Shown here: positions 16,635 through 25,342 of the stretch, in pieces
Layout of the letters: every line of letters begins with the position of its first letter
Numbering within the stretch: position 1 is the first letter of the stretch
DNA from: Nitrospirota bacterium
GTDB lineage: Bacteria > Nitrospirota > UBA9217
Reading direction: 5' to 3'
Assembly (NCBI GenBank): GCA_021814615.1
Contig: JAKAHZ010000003.1
Coordinates: 6,615-70,614, forward strand
DNA: 64,000 nucleotides
Translations under genes and position numbers: made by a program
The notes under the pieces: model-generated
Databases searched by the model: none
What the model was told of the DNA's origin: nothing
The model's input: the letters and a program-made list of their open reading frames with translations, nothing else

Positions 16635-17138
16635 ATGGACCTGTTGGAAGGCATTTACACCCGCAGGAGCATCAGGAACTATACGAACGAGCCGGTGATG
16701 CCTGAGGAGCTCCGCAAGATCATCGAGGCGGGCACCATGGCCCCTTCGGGGCTGAACAACCAGCCCTGGCGCTTCGTTACGGTGCGCGACAGGGAGAAGC
16801 TCGGCCGGCTCGCGAAGCTGACGAAATACAGCCATGTGATCGCCAAGGCTGCGGCATGCATCGTCGTGTTCATCGACAAGAACGCGATGTACAACGAGGT
16901 GAAGGACCATCAGTCCATGGGCGCCTGCCATCAGAACATGCTTCTGGCCGCCCATGCGCTCGGCCTGGGCGCGGTGTGGCTGGGCGAGATCCTGAAGAGC
17001 GCGAAGGAGGTTCGGGAATTGTGCGGTCTCCCTGAATCGCTGGAATTGATGGCGGTCATCGCTCTCGGCCATCCTGCGGGATCAGGCGGCCGGGCAGACC
17101 GGAAGCCGGTGGAGGAAGTGTTGCTCAAGGAAATATGA
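16635..17138 (+). CDS. Nitroreductase family protein
   Basis: RRSIRNYT, PSGLNNQPWRF and GAVWLG blocks typical of the FMN nitroreductase fold. GGGAGGGA RBS. Confidence 0.85.
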   Translation: MDLLEGIYTRRSIRNYTNEPVMPEELRKIIEAGTMAPSGLNNQPWRFVTVRDREKLGRLAKLTKYSHVIAKAAACIVVFIDKNAMYNEVKDHQSMGACHQNMLLAAHALGLGAVWLGEILKSAKEVRELCGLPESLELMAVIALGHPAGSGGRADRKPVEEVLLKEI

Positions 17139-17172
17139 GAAGATCATTTGACGCGGATCAACGCGGATAATC

Positions 17173-17490
17173 ATTGTTGAGGGTAAAGTCATCATTGAGA
17201 TCAGGGCGGTGTCCGCTCTTTCAACGGTCCATGAGGTGCAATTGGTCAATTATTAATGGTATCAAAATAGAAAAGACATAAATAGCCGTCATTCCCGAGG
17301 CTTTAATCGGGAATCTGGTGTTAAACCATATCCCCGATAAAGACATTCGGGGATGACAGGCCAGGAAGAATCCAGATTATTATGAGACCGTTAATATCTG
17401 AAGGCCACGGGCATCCAGGTAGGACTTCTTGTTAATTTTGGAGAACATCTTAAGATCGTCCGGCGTGTCTTTACTTGCCCGGATCGATAA
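17173..17490 (+). pseudogene. 5'-truncated, insertion-split GxxExxY (PD-(D/E)XK-like) gene remnant
   Basis: 17173-17253 reads IVEGKVIIEIRAVSALSTVHEVQLVNY. 17398-17487 reads LKATGIQVGLLVNFGEHLKIVRRVFTCPDR*. Joined, they match the conserved C-terminal half of GxxExxY proteins (DLIVEdKVIVELKsVe...H..QLLTYLkltG..lGlLLNFG...RIV). Confidence 0.65.
17253..17394. mobile_element. 142-bp MITE-like insertion with TA target duplication
   Basis: Termini TTAATGGTATC / (rc) TTAACGGTCTC match 9 of 11, flanked by TA (17251-52) and TA (17395-96). Excision restores AAT TAT CTG (N-Y-L) of the GxxExxY frame. The interior holds two 8-bp hairpins, ATTCCCGA-N8-TCGGGAAT and ATCCCCGA-N9-TCGGGGAT, flanked by GTCAT/ATGAC. 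Confidence 0.55.
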
Positions 17491-17534
17491 GATGTTGATC
17501 CGCGTAAATCCGCGTCAAAAGAGGTGTTCCTCTC

Positions 17535-18071
17535 TTGAAGCTTCCGCTCATAAATGCCGGGACCATGCTTCGTTTCGTCGTCGCCGCGATCATCCTCATG
17601 CTTCCGGCCTGCGCCTACTGGAAGCTCGCGACCACTCATTTCGAAAAGCCAACCTTCACCTATCATGGCATCGAGTCGGGTGAGGCTAGTCACGGTCAGA
17701 TCAACGTCAACTTCCTCTTTACTGCGCACAACCCGAACGCGGCGGGGATCAGGAACGTCACCTGTTCGTTCGAGCTCTTCGTGGAAGGGAAGAAGTTCAT
17801 GACCGGAAAGGACGTTCCCCTGGAAGTGAGCGGCCGGGGAGATACGGAACTCAAGGTCCCGGCAGCGATAGCTTACGCTGACATGCTCCCGGCCCTCGGG
17901 GCGGTCATCGATATCATCCTCTCCGGCCGGAAGACGATACCCGTCACGATCAACGCGGTCTTCTCCGGCAAGCCGGCGGTCTACACCGAGGCGGGGAGGG
18001 AAGAGCAGGTGTCGTTCGAGATACCGATGAACGAGACCGCCGATATCCCGCTGAAGCTCGACCGGAGATAG
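17535..18071 (+). CDS. LEA_2/WHy (LEA14-like) domain lipoprotein
   Basis: Lipobox LPAC, then a LEA14-like fold (KPTFTYHGIES...NVNFLFTAHNPNA...ELKVPAAIAY). Start is TTG 17535 or ATG 17565. Confidence 0.7.
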   Translation: MKLPLINAGTMLRFVVAAIILMLPACAYWKLATTHFEKPTFTYHGIESGEASHGQINVNFLFTAHNPNAAGIRNVTCSFELFVEGKKFMTGKDVPLEVSGRGDTELKVPAAIAYADMLPALGAVIDIILSGRKTIPVTINAVFSGKPAVYTEAGREEQVSFEIPMNETADIPLKLDRR

Positions 18072-18214
18072 CTGCGCAATAGATAATGCTCAAAATGCAT
18101 ATTAATCGTTTACTGTTCTTAAAGAGAACAGGCAGTTAGCTCAAGCGACTTGACCGCGTGGTGATTTTCATGCTACCGTAGGCCGTACCGATACTATCTG
18201 GTTAGGTGCTGAAC

Positions 18215-18589
18215 ATGAGAACCGTTTGCCCGTCGTGCTCAACCGAAATCGACACTCCGTACATGATGTTAGGCGCTAGCGTTACGTGCAGTGCGTGCAA
18301 GAGTCTCGTCATTCCGCGGGTTGAGAGCGGCACGTTATTTCCGAATACCGGCTTTGAGATCACCTTTAGAGATTTCGTACAGCTGCTTACGTACGAGGCT
18401 TATCGGACGCAGGTGCTATCGGTAGTGAAGGAGTGGGAGCCGACGGTTGAGCACCTCACTGACATCGATGCAGAAATTGGTGCAGGAACTGCCCAAGAAA
18501 AAGCCTTAATAGTGATTCACAGGAAGATACAGGGAGATTCCGTTAAGCAGAACAAGTTGTATCAGACGGCAATGTCCTTATGGCGATAG
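18215..18589 (+). CDS. Hypothetical protein with N-terminal zinc ribbon (CPSC...CSAC)
   Basis: ATG 18215 after AGGTG. Visibly lower GC than its neighbours. No recognised domain beyond the 4-Cys ribbon. Confidence 0.5.
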   Translation: MRTVCPSCSTEIDTPYMMLGASVTCSACKSLVIPRVESGTLFPNTGFEITFRDFVQLLTYEAYRTQVLSVVKEWEPTVEHLTDIDAEIGAGTAQEKALIVIHRKIQGDSVKQNKLYQTAMSLWR

Positions 18590-18676
18590 AGCCCGCACCT
18601 AACACCGCGTTCCACGCCGACGCGCTTCGCAGCGTGTGAACTCGTCGTTATCCCTGAACTCAACAAGAGGTGCACC

Positions 18677-19978
18677 GTGCTCGATGCCTACTTCCGTCTG
18701 AAAAACCACAACACTACTATCCGCCAGGAGATTCTCGCCGGGATCACAACCTTCGTCACCATGGCCTACATCATCGTCGTGAACCCGAAGATCCTCGAAG
18801 CAGCGGGCATGCCCTTCGGCCCCTCCATGGTCGCAACGATCCTGACCGCCTTCCTCGGCACGCTGCTGATGGGGCTCTATGCCAAACGGCCCTTTGCCAT
18901 CGCTCCCTACATGGGCGAGAACGCCTTCATCGCTTTCACGGTCGTGAAGGTCATGGGCTTCTCCTGGCAGCAGGCCCTGGGTGCAATTTTCATTTCCGGC
19001 GCCATCTTCGCACTGCTTACGGTCCTGAACATCCGCACCTGGCTCGTGAATTCTATCCCCGAGAAGCTCAAAATAGGATTCAGCGTTGGCATCGGTCTCT
19101 TTCTTACCTTCATCGGCCTGAACGAGACGGGCATGGTGAAGCTCGGCGTGCCCGGCGCGCCCGTGCATGTGGGCGTTTTCACCGATGCCACCGTGCTACT
19201 CGCCATTGCAGGGTTCCTCTTCACTGGCTGGCTCATGATCAAGCGCGTTCATGCGGCGCTCTTCATCGGCATCGCGGCAGTGACGGTCGCCGCCGTGGCG
19301 CTCGGCAAAGTGGAGCCGCCTGCCTCCCTCGCCGGCCTGCCGCCGTCGATCCTGCCGGTCCTGGGAAAGCTCGAGTTCTCGGGTCTGATCTCGGTCAAGG
19401 CCTTTCCCGTGATCCTGACCATGTTCGTCATGATCTTCGTGGATACCATGGGCACGCTCATCGGGCTGTCCATGAAGGCGGGGCTCCTGGACAGGAACGG
19501 CAACCTGCCGGAGATCGAGAAACCGATGCTTTGCGACTCCCTTGCCACCATGGCGGGAGCGTGTCTCGGAACGACGACCTCGGGCGCCTATATCGAATCC
19601 GCGGCCGGGATCGAATCCGGCGGGCGATCGGGCCTTGCCTCGGTGGTCACGGCCTTGCTCTTTCTCCTGGCGCTCTTCTTCGCGCCGCTCTTCACGATCG
19701 TCCCGCCCTATGCCTATGGCCCGGCGCTCATCATCGTCGGCATGCTGATGCTCTCGCCCATGCGGCACCTGGAATTCAACGATCTGACCGAGGTGATCCC
19801 TGCGTTCACCATCATCGTGCTGATGAGCTTCACCTACAACATCGGCATCGGCATGACCGCCGGGTTTGTGGTCTATCCCTTGATCAAGACGCTGGCGGGG
19901 AGGGGGAGGGAAGTGCCTGCGGGGCTGTGGGTGCTCGGAGCGCTGTCGCTGCTGTTCTTCGTGTTCTATCCCTATTGA
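18677..19978 (+). CDS. NCS2/AzgA-family purine (adenine/guanine/hypoxanthine) permease
   Basis: N-terminus LDAYFRLKNHNTTIRQEILAGITTFVTMAYIIVVNP is diagnostic of the AzgA/PbuG-type family. About 12 TM helices. GTG start after AAGAGG. Confidence 0.9.
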   Translation: MLDAYFRLKNHNTTIRQEILAGITTFVTMAYIIVVNPKILEAAGMPFGPSMVATILTAFLGTLLMGLYAKRPFAIAPYMGENAFIAFTVVKVMGFSWQQALGAIFISGAIFALLTVLNIRTWLVNSIPEKLKIGFSVGIGLFLTFIGLNETGMVKLGVPGAPVHVGVFTDATVLLAIAGFLFTGWLMIKRVHAALFIGIAAVTVAAVALGKVEPPASLAGLPPSILPVLGKLEFSGLISVKAFPVILTMFVMIFVDTMGTLIGLSMKAGLLDRNGNLPEIEKPMLCDSLATMAGACLGTTTSGAYIESAAGIESGGRSGLASVVTALLFLLALFFAPLFTIVPPYAYGPALIIVGMLMLSPMRHLEFNDLTEVIPAFTIIVLMSFTYNIGIGMTAGFVVYPLIKTLAGRGREVPAGLWVLGALSLLFFVFYPY

Positions 19979-19983
19979 AGTGC

Positions 19984-20012
19984 TTGACTGCTAACCATAA
20001 AATTGATAGTAT
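19984..20012 (+). promoter_or_regulatory. Candidate sigma70 promoter of vapBC (TTGACT-17-TAGTAT)
   Basis: TTGACT 19984-19989, 17-nt spacer, TAGTAT 20007-20012, about 30 nt upstream of the vapB ATG. Confidence 0.45.
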
Positions 20013-20043
20013 ATCTTATGCTAATTAACTATGGAGGTATCTT

Positions 20044-20253
20044 ATGGCAAGAACTACCATAACATTGCCTACCGAGCTTCTGGAGGAGCTTATGGTGGAG
20101 CTCTCGGCAAAGAGCAAGACCGACGCTGTCATTCGGGCGATCCAGGACGAAATACGCCTGCGAAAGCGGGAAAAGATCCGGAGTATGGCCGGAAAACTGG
20201 CTTTTACGAAGAGCGCCGATCAACTCAGGCATGGAGACCGGAGAATTGGATAA
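20044..20253 (+). CDS. vapB: Type II antitoxin, VapB-like (DUF2191/RHH-like)
   Basis: MARTTITLPTELLEEL N-terminus. 69 aa. Overlaps the downstream PIN gene. Confidence 0.8.
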   Translation: MARTTITLPTELLEELMVELSAKSKTDAVIRAIQDEIRLRKREKIRSMAGKLAFTKSADQLRHGDRRIG

Positions 20254-20641
20254 GGTTCTGGTGGATACGTCTGTCTGGATTGAGTTCTTCAGAAAGAAGG
20301 ACCCGTGGCATCGGGCTGTTGAGCAGCTCATGGATGAAGATCGCGTTTGCTGCACGGGACTGGTGCTGGCGGAGCTCCTGCAGGGCGCCAGGTCGGACCA
20401 GGAAATCGCCGTATTGAAGGATTTCATCCATGTCTTTCCCTTTTTCGCCGATTCTCCCCAACGCTGGACGGAGGCCGGAGAACTGTCCTATCGACTGCAG
20501 AGAAAAGGAAAAACTGCCGGACTGTCTGACTGTTATCTTGCAGCAATCGTGCAAGCGAATAATGCAATTATGCTCACCCGCGACAAACATTTCGATGCGA
20601 TCAAGTCAGTAGTGCCCCTGCATCTCCTTGCCGTGAAATAG
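20231..20641 (+). CDS. vapC: PIN-domain toxin VapC
   Basis: VLVDTSVWIEFF, the acidic residues (D..E..D) and LTRDKHF are typical of VapC. Confidence 0.85.
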   Translation: METGELDKVLVDTSVWIEFFRKKDPWHRAVEQLMDEDRVCCTGLVLAELLQGARSDQEIAVLKDFIHVFPFFADSPQRWTEAGELSYRLQRKGKTAGLSDCYLAAIVQANNAIMLTRDKHFDAIKSVVPLHLLAVK

Positions 20642-20694
20642 TCAAAACACCCACGTCACGCGATTACGTCAAACGTCACGTTAGTACTGCGATC

Positions 20695-21567
20695 TTAAGT
20701 CTTCTTTCCGCTCAGCAGCTTGTACACCGCAATGAAGTCCTCGTCCCCGAAACCCTCCCGCATTGCAAGCGCATAAAGCTCTTTTGCCGCGCTCATGCCC
20801 GGCAGGGCTGCGCCGGTTTCGAAGGCCGTTTCCGTGGCCAGGTGGAGGTCCTTGTGCATCCATCGGAGCGGGAACTCCACGGAATAATCGTCTGCCTCGA
20901 ACTTCTTCCGTTTGAAGTTCAGGAAGGGCGCCATGACCGGCGAGGCAGCCAGGGTGTCGAAGATCGCCTGTTTAGTGAGGCCCACGGATTCTCCGAAGGC
21001 CAGGGCCTCGGTGAAGGACACCATGACCTCGCCGAGGAGGATGTTGTTCACCATCTTCATCGCCGATCCCATGCCGTGGCCGCCCATGGGGAACACGGCC
21101 TTGCCCATGCTCTCGAGGAACGGCCGGGCGGCGTCCACATCAGCTTTGTCTCCGCCTACATAGAAGAGCAGCTGCGCCTGCTCTGCCGGCCCTTTCGATC
21201 CCGCCACCGGCGCGTCGAGGAACCGGACCCGCCGCGCTTTCGCCTCGTTCGCCATGAGCTGGGAAAACGAGGGATTCACGGTGCTGCAGTCCACCCAGAG
21301 TGAATTGGGAAGCAGCGTCTCGAGGAACGAGTGCTTGCCCAGGAGCGCCACCTCAGCCACGGCGTCGGGCCTTGACAGCATGGTGAAGACGATGTTCACC
21401 CGGCTCCCGAGCTCCGCCGGTGTCTCGGCCCATGAAGCGCCCTGATCGAGAAGCGCCTTGGCTTTGTCCTTGGTGCGGTTATAGACCACGAGCTCGTGGC
21501 CTTTTTTTAAGAGGTTCGCGGCCATGCGGCTGCCCATGATGCCCATGCCAATGAATCCGATCTTCAT
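20695..21567 (-). CDS. NAD(P)-dependent oxidoreductase, 3-hydroxyisobutyrate/6-phosphogluconate dehydrogenase family
   Basis: MKIGFIGMGIMGSRMAANLLKKGHELVVYNRT Rossmann N-terminus. AGGAGG RBS. The upstream extension of the tracked ORF is rejected. Confidence 0.85.
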   Translation of the reverse strand: MKIGFIGMGIMGSRMAANLLKKGHELVVYNRTKDKAKALLDQGASWAETPAELGSRVNIVFTMLSRPDAVAEVALLGKHSFLETLLPNSLWVDCSTVNPSFSQLMANEAKARRVRFLDAPVAGSKGPAEQAQLLFYVGGDKADVDAARPFLESMGKAVFPMGGHGMGSAMKMVNNILLGEVMVSFTEALAFGESVGLTKQAIFDTLAASPVMAPFLNFKRKKFEADDYSVEFPLRWMHKDLHLATETAFETGAALPGMSAAKELYALAMREGFGDEDFIAVYKLLSGKKT

Positions 21568-21626
21568 ACGCTTCCTCCTGATCGATCCTGAATCTTCAAT
21601 CAATACCAATTGTACCGCATTGCCTG

Positions 21627-22061
21627 TTACGGAGCTTTCCGGACGCTGCAGGTGAATCCATTGCCGGAGAATGAAGCTCCGGTCTCGGTGAAATGCCAGT
21701 ACCACTCTCCCATGATCTTCCGGTTGTCGATCGCCGTGCCCGGCAGGCCTGTGCGCGTGATGTAGGTCCATTTTCGGAAGGTGCGGGGCGGCGCGGCGGT
21801 CCTGATCGCGAAATTGCGGAAGTCCACGGTCCACCACCGGTAGGCAGGGCGCGCTTTGGGGAGGAACAAGAGAAGGAAAGAACTGCTCTTTCCCGCGCTG
21901 TAAATCACGGCATCACCGAAAAAATCCTCTCCCTCGCCGTAGATCACCTGGACAGCGGGGACGGGAGTGCTGAGCGGCCGGATGCCGACGGCCGAGACGG
22001 CTCCCCAGGCCAGCAGGCAGAGGAGCGCAAGGGCCGTGAGTATTTTTGCTCCAAGGGTCAT
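21627..22061 (-). CDS. Hypothetical secreted protein
   Basis: Signal-peptide-like N-terminus. No RBS and no recognised domain. Confidence 0.4.
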   Translation of the reverse strand: MTLGAKILTALALLCLLAWGAVSAVGIRPLSTPVPAVQVIYGEGEDFFGDAVIYSAGKSSSFLLLFLPKARPAYRWWTVDFRNFAIRTAAPPRTFRKWTYITRTGLPGTAIDNRKIMGEWYWHFTETGASFSGNGFTCSVRKAP

Positions 22062-22134
22062 AGTCGGGAGGAATACAGCGGCGGATCGGGACGTTCATCC
22101 GCCGCAGTGCCAGCCGGAATGCCGCGCCGTATCG

Positions 22135-22419
22135 CTACTTGATCTTCTTGATGAACTCCTCGACGGGAACGGCGGGAAGGCTCATCATCTGCACCGAGCC
22201 GCGGGCGCCGATAGCAACGGACATGTTCATGACCGTCAGAATGTCCGGCGCCTCGACGACGTTCAGGAAATCGTACTGGCCGAGCAGGGCATACTGCTTG
22301 TGGATCTTGACGCCCATGGCCTCGATCTCCTTGTTCACCTCCATGATCCGCTCCGGTTTCTGCTTGATCGTCCTGCGTCCTTCGTCGGTAAGGGTGCTGA
22401 GAATAATGAAGTGCGACAT
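22135..22419 (-). CDS. GYD domain protein
   Basis: MSHFIILSTLTDEGRRTIKQKPERI...LGQYDFLNVVEAPD. GGAGG RBS. Confidence 0.8.
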   Translation of the reverse strand: MSHFIILSTLTDEGRRTIKQKPERIMEVNKEIEAMGVKIHKQYALLGQYDFLNVVEAPDILTVMNMSVAIGARGSVQMMSLPAVPVEEFIKKIK

Positions 22420-22608
22420 GCTCGGTCCTCCTTCAGAACGGCACGCGTGCCGATGGGTTCCCCGGCGAACCGGGACGATAAGAATATAGCATACCGGGAC
22501 TTTCTCGTCATTCCTGAAATGCCGGCAGGCCTGCGGAAAAGGCACGGCTTTTTTGACATACCCATTTTTCTATGTTAGTCTAACACTATCACACGCACGG
22601 GAGCGCGC

Positions 22609-23841
22609 ATGTACACAACCGGGAACATCACGAAGAACACCCTTGCCATGGTCCTTGCCGGCGGACGGGGCGAGCGCCTGAGCCCCATCACGGTCAACCG
22701 GTCGAAGCCGTCGGTGCCTTTCGGCGGAAAGTACAAGATCATCGATTTCGTCCTCTCCAACCTGTTCAACTCGGGCGTGCGGAAAGCCTATGTACTGACG
22801 CAGTACCAGGCCTATTCGCTTAAAAAACACATCAAGGAATCCTGGGGCAAGTGGACGGGATTGGGGGAATTCTACGACACGCTCTCGCCGGAAACAAGCA
22901 GCATGGGCGAGCAGTGGTACCGGGGAACCGCCGACGCTATCTACCAGGCCATGCATTTCATCGAACAGGCGGACGTGGACTGCGTGGCCATCTTCGGCGG
23001 CGACCACATCTACAAGATGGACATCTCCCAGATGGTCATGTACCACCGCATGAACAAAGCGGATTTGACCATTGCCGCGCTCGAAGTCGCTCCCGAGGAG
23101 GCCTCGCGGTTCGGCGTGCTCTGCGTGGACGACGAGTTCCGGGTCAAGACCTTCGTCGAGAAACCGAAGCATCCCGAGCCGGTTCCCGGAAGGGCCACCT
23201 GTTTCGCCTCCATGGGCAACTATATCTTCTCGAAGAGCGTGCTGATCGACATGCTGCACCAGGGCAGGAAACGCTTCGAGGACCTCGATTTCGGCAAACA
23301 CCTGATCCCCATGATGCTCGACGAGGGCAAGAAGGTCTTTGCCTACAGTTTCTTCGACAACACGATCCCGGGCATGGAACCCCACGAACGGGGATACTGG
23401 AAGGACGTGGGGACCCTCGACACCTACTACGAAGCGAACATGGACCTGATCAGCGTGAGCCCCCAGCTGAACCTGTACAACTATCAATGGCCCATCCTCA
23501 CGAACCAGGGAAACCTGCCGCCAGCCAAGACGGTTTTCGACAGCAACGGCAGGCGGGGCCAGAATCTCGACTCCCTGGTCTGCGGCGGCTGCGTGACCAG
23601 CGGCAGCGTCGTGCGGAGGTCGATCCTGGGGCCCTCGTGCCGCGTGAACTCCTACGCTACGGTCGAGGACTCGATCCTCTTCGAGAACGTGGAGATCGGC
23701 AGGCACGCAAAGATCCGGAAAGCGATCATCGACGACAACATCTGCATCCCCGAAGGCATGGAGATCGGCTACGATCTCGAGGAAGACCGGAACCGCGGCT
23801 GTTTGGTGACGGAGAGCGGGATCGTGGTAGTCACAAAATAA
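22609..23841 (+). CDS. glgC: Glucose-1-phosphate adenylyltransferase
   Basis: LAGGRGERLSPITVNRSKPSVPFGGKYKIIDFVLSN, WYRGTADA and FVEKP motifs, plus a C-terminal left-handed beta-helix. Confidence 0.95.
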   Translation: MYTTGNITKNTLAMVLAGGRGERLSPITVNRSKPSVPFGGKYKIIDFVLSNLFNSGVRKAYVLTQYQAYSLKKHIKESWGKWTGLGEFYDTLSPETSSMGEQWYRGTADAIYQAMHFIEQADVDCVAIFGGDHIYKMDISQMVMYHRMNKADLTIAALEVAPEEASRFGVLCVDDEFRVKTFVEKPKHPEPVPGRATCFASMGNYIFSKSVLIDMLHQGRKRFEDLDFGKHLIPMMLDEGKKVFAYSFFDNTIPGMEPHERGYWKDVGTLDTYYEANMDLISVSPQLNLYNYQWPILTNQGNLPPAKTVFDSNGRRGQNLDSLVCGGCVTSGSVVRRSILGPSCRVNSYATVEDSILFENVEIGRHAKIRKAIIDDNICIPEGMEIGYDLEEDRNRGCLVTESGIVVVTK

Positions 23842-23898
23842 CCGCTGCCCAGAGCTTCCCATGCTCGCAACGACAGCAAAAAGACTTTTTAAGCAGAA

Positions 23899-23935
23899 GA
23901 GGGGCGGGTTTGAAACCTGCCCCTTCGCTTTTTAA
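23899..23935 (+). terminator. Probable glgC terminator hairpin
   Basis: GAGGGGCGGGT-TTGAA-ACCTGCCCCTT (11 bp with two G-U pairs), then CGCTTTTT. Confidence 0.5.
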
Positions 23936-24513
23936 GAGAGCTCGGTCGATGCCCGCCGTTGCTGCATGAATCGTCGGAAGATCCAGCAGAACAAATAGGC
24001 AACGCCTCCGCCCAGGAACGCTCCCGCCGCGATGTCCGAAGGATAGTGCACGCCCAGGTAGGGCCGGGAGAAGGCGATCAGGACGGCGAGGCCGACCGGA
24101 TAGAGGCGCCAGACGATGGAAAGAAACGAGCGCGTCAAAACGAAGAGCGGCACAGCGGCTGCAAAGGACGTTGTCGCGTGGCTCGAAGGGAAGGAGAAGG
24201 ATGATGGGCAATGGACCAGAAGCCGCACGTTATCCAGGCTCGCGCAGGGGCGCGGACGGCCTGCGAACTCCTTCAGCCGGTCTCCGATGCTGTCGGCCAG
24301 GGGAAAGCTCAGGAATGCGATGACAATGGGAGCGACGGCCCACAAGAGATAGGTGCGGCCGGTATCATCGCGGGTAGTCGCCCCCCGGTAGATGATATAG
24401 GGAAGCAGGGGCAGGACCAGCAGGTAGCCCTGAAAGGTCAGGACCGGCATGAGCAGGTCGAAGACGGGATTCGCCATGCTGTGATTTATGACGTTGAAGA
24501 TAAGAGTGTCCAT
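23932..24513 (-). CDS. PAP2-family membrane phosphatase
   Basis: KEFAGRPRP, SFPSSH and SRPYLGVHYPSD are the three PAP2 motifs. ATG 24513 chosen. Confidence 0.8.
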   Translation of the reverse strand: MDTLIFNVINHSMANPVFDLLMPVLTFQGYLLVLPLLPYIIYRGATTRDDTGRTYLLWAVAPIVIAFLSFPLADSIGDRLKEFAGRPRPCASLDNVRLLVHCPSSFSFPSSHATTSFAAAVPLFVLTRSFLSIVWRLYPVGLAVLIAFSRPYLGVHYPSDIAAGAFLGGGVAYLFCWIFRRFMQQRRASTELS

Positions 24514-24737
24514 ATCCAAGATCGCGATCCTGCCACGAAGAGACCAAGACCCAAAGAAAGACTGTACTCGATGTTGCCGTGAAGGTGTTAAGAGATTGCT
24601 TGAACTCGTTCTTAAAATGCTGCAAATCTTTATCCGCCGATTCGTCATTCCGGCTTATACGGAATCGTTCCCTGTTTATGAACGACGTGGCCCATACTTT
24701 GTGCCTTGGCGTCTTCGTGGCCGGACGTTGGTCCTTT

Positions 24738-25283
24738 TTATGGATCGAGGCGCCATTCCGGCGCAGTTATCGCATAGAGTTCCTGATCGGTGACGGTTCC
24801 TTCCTTGATCGCGCTTTCGCGGAGCGTGCCTTCCTTTCGGTATCCCGCTTTCTCGAGCACGCGGACCGACGCCCGGTTGAATGCGAAAGGCGCCGCGTAG
24901 AGCCGGTGCAGTTTCACGACGGTGAATGCGTAGGTCGTGATCTCGCGTAGCGCTTCCGTCGCCAGGCCCCTGCCCCAGAACCGTTCCCCCAGCCAGTAGC
25001 CCACCTCGGCGGAGAAACGCTCCACATCCTTGCCCGGGGCGATGCCGATGCCGCCTGCAGCTTCATCATTCACGGTGATGGCGAAGTTCAGGACCGGGTC
25101 CTCGTCACGGACGGAAGCAAGCCAGTCCTTGGCATGCCGCGGCGTGTAGGGATGGGGGAAACGGTCGCGGAGGTTCCGCCAGACCGCGTAGTTGTCCGCG
25201 TTCCTGACGATGGCGTCAAGGTCCGACCGGCGCCACGGCCGGATCACCTGCATGCGGGGAAGCGTGTTCATCGGGGAGTGCAT
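24738..25283 (-). CDS. GNAT N-acetyltransferase (RimJ/RimL-like)
   Basis: WRRSDLDAIV...GYWLGERFWGRGLATEALREIT...LYAAPFAFNRASVRVLEKAGY. Confidence 0.8.
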   Translation of the reverse strand: MHSPMNTLPRMQVIRPWRRSDLDAIVRNADNYAVWRNLRDRFPHPYTPRHAKDWLASVRDEDPVLNFAITVNDEAAGGIGIAPGKDVERFSAEVGYWLGERFWGRGLATEALREITTYAFTVVKLHRLYAAPFAFNRASVRVLEKAGYRKEGTLRESAIKEGTVTDQELYAITAPEWRLDP

Positions 25284-25342
25284 TGTACCAGATTTGCTCG
25301 CGTCGAGACAGGCGGTTTTCACCGAGAAAGCGGCGTCGGAAG

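Larger units (their letters stand above)
17149..17517. mobile_element. Cassette bounded by inverted word repeats and enclosing a decayed GxxExxY nuclease gene
   Basis: Left arm TGACGCGGATCAACGCGGATAA (17149-17170). Right arm TTGATCCGCGTAAATCCGCGTCA (17495-17517), whose reverse complement is TGACGCGGATTTACGCGGATCAA. Confidence 0.55.

Noticed and set aside
18590-18676. Purine riboswitch upstream of the NCS2 purine permease
   Set aside because: The spacer is only 87 nt and lacks the conserved purine-riboswitch core (no UAUAAU...CUACC/GGUAG-type junction sequences visible).
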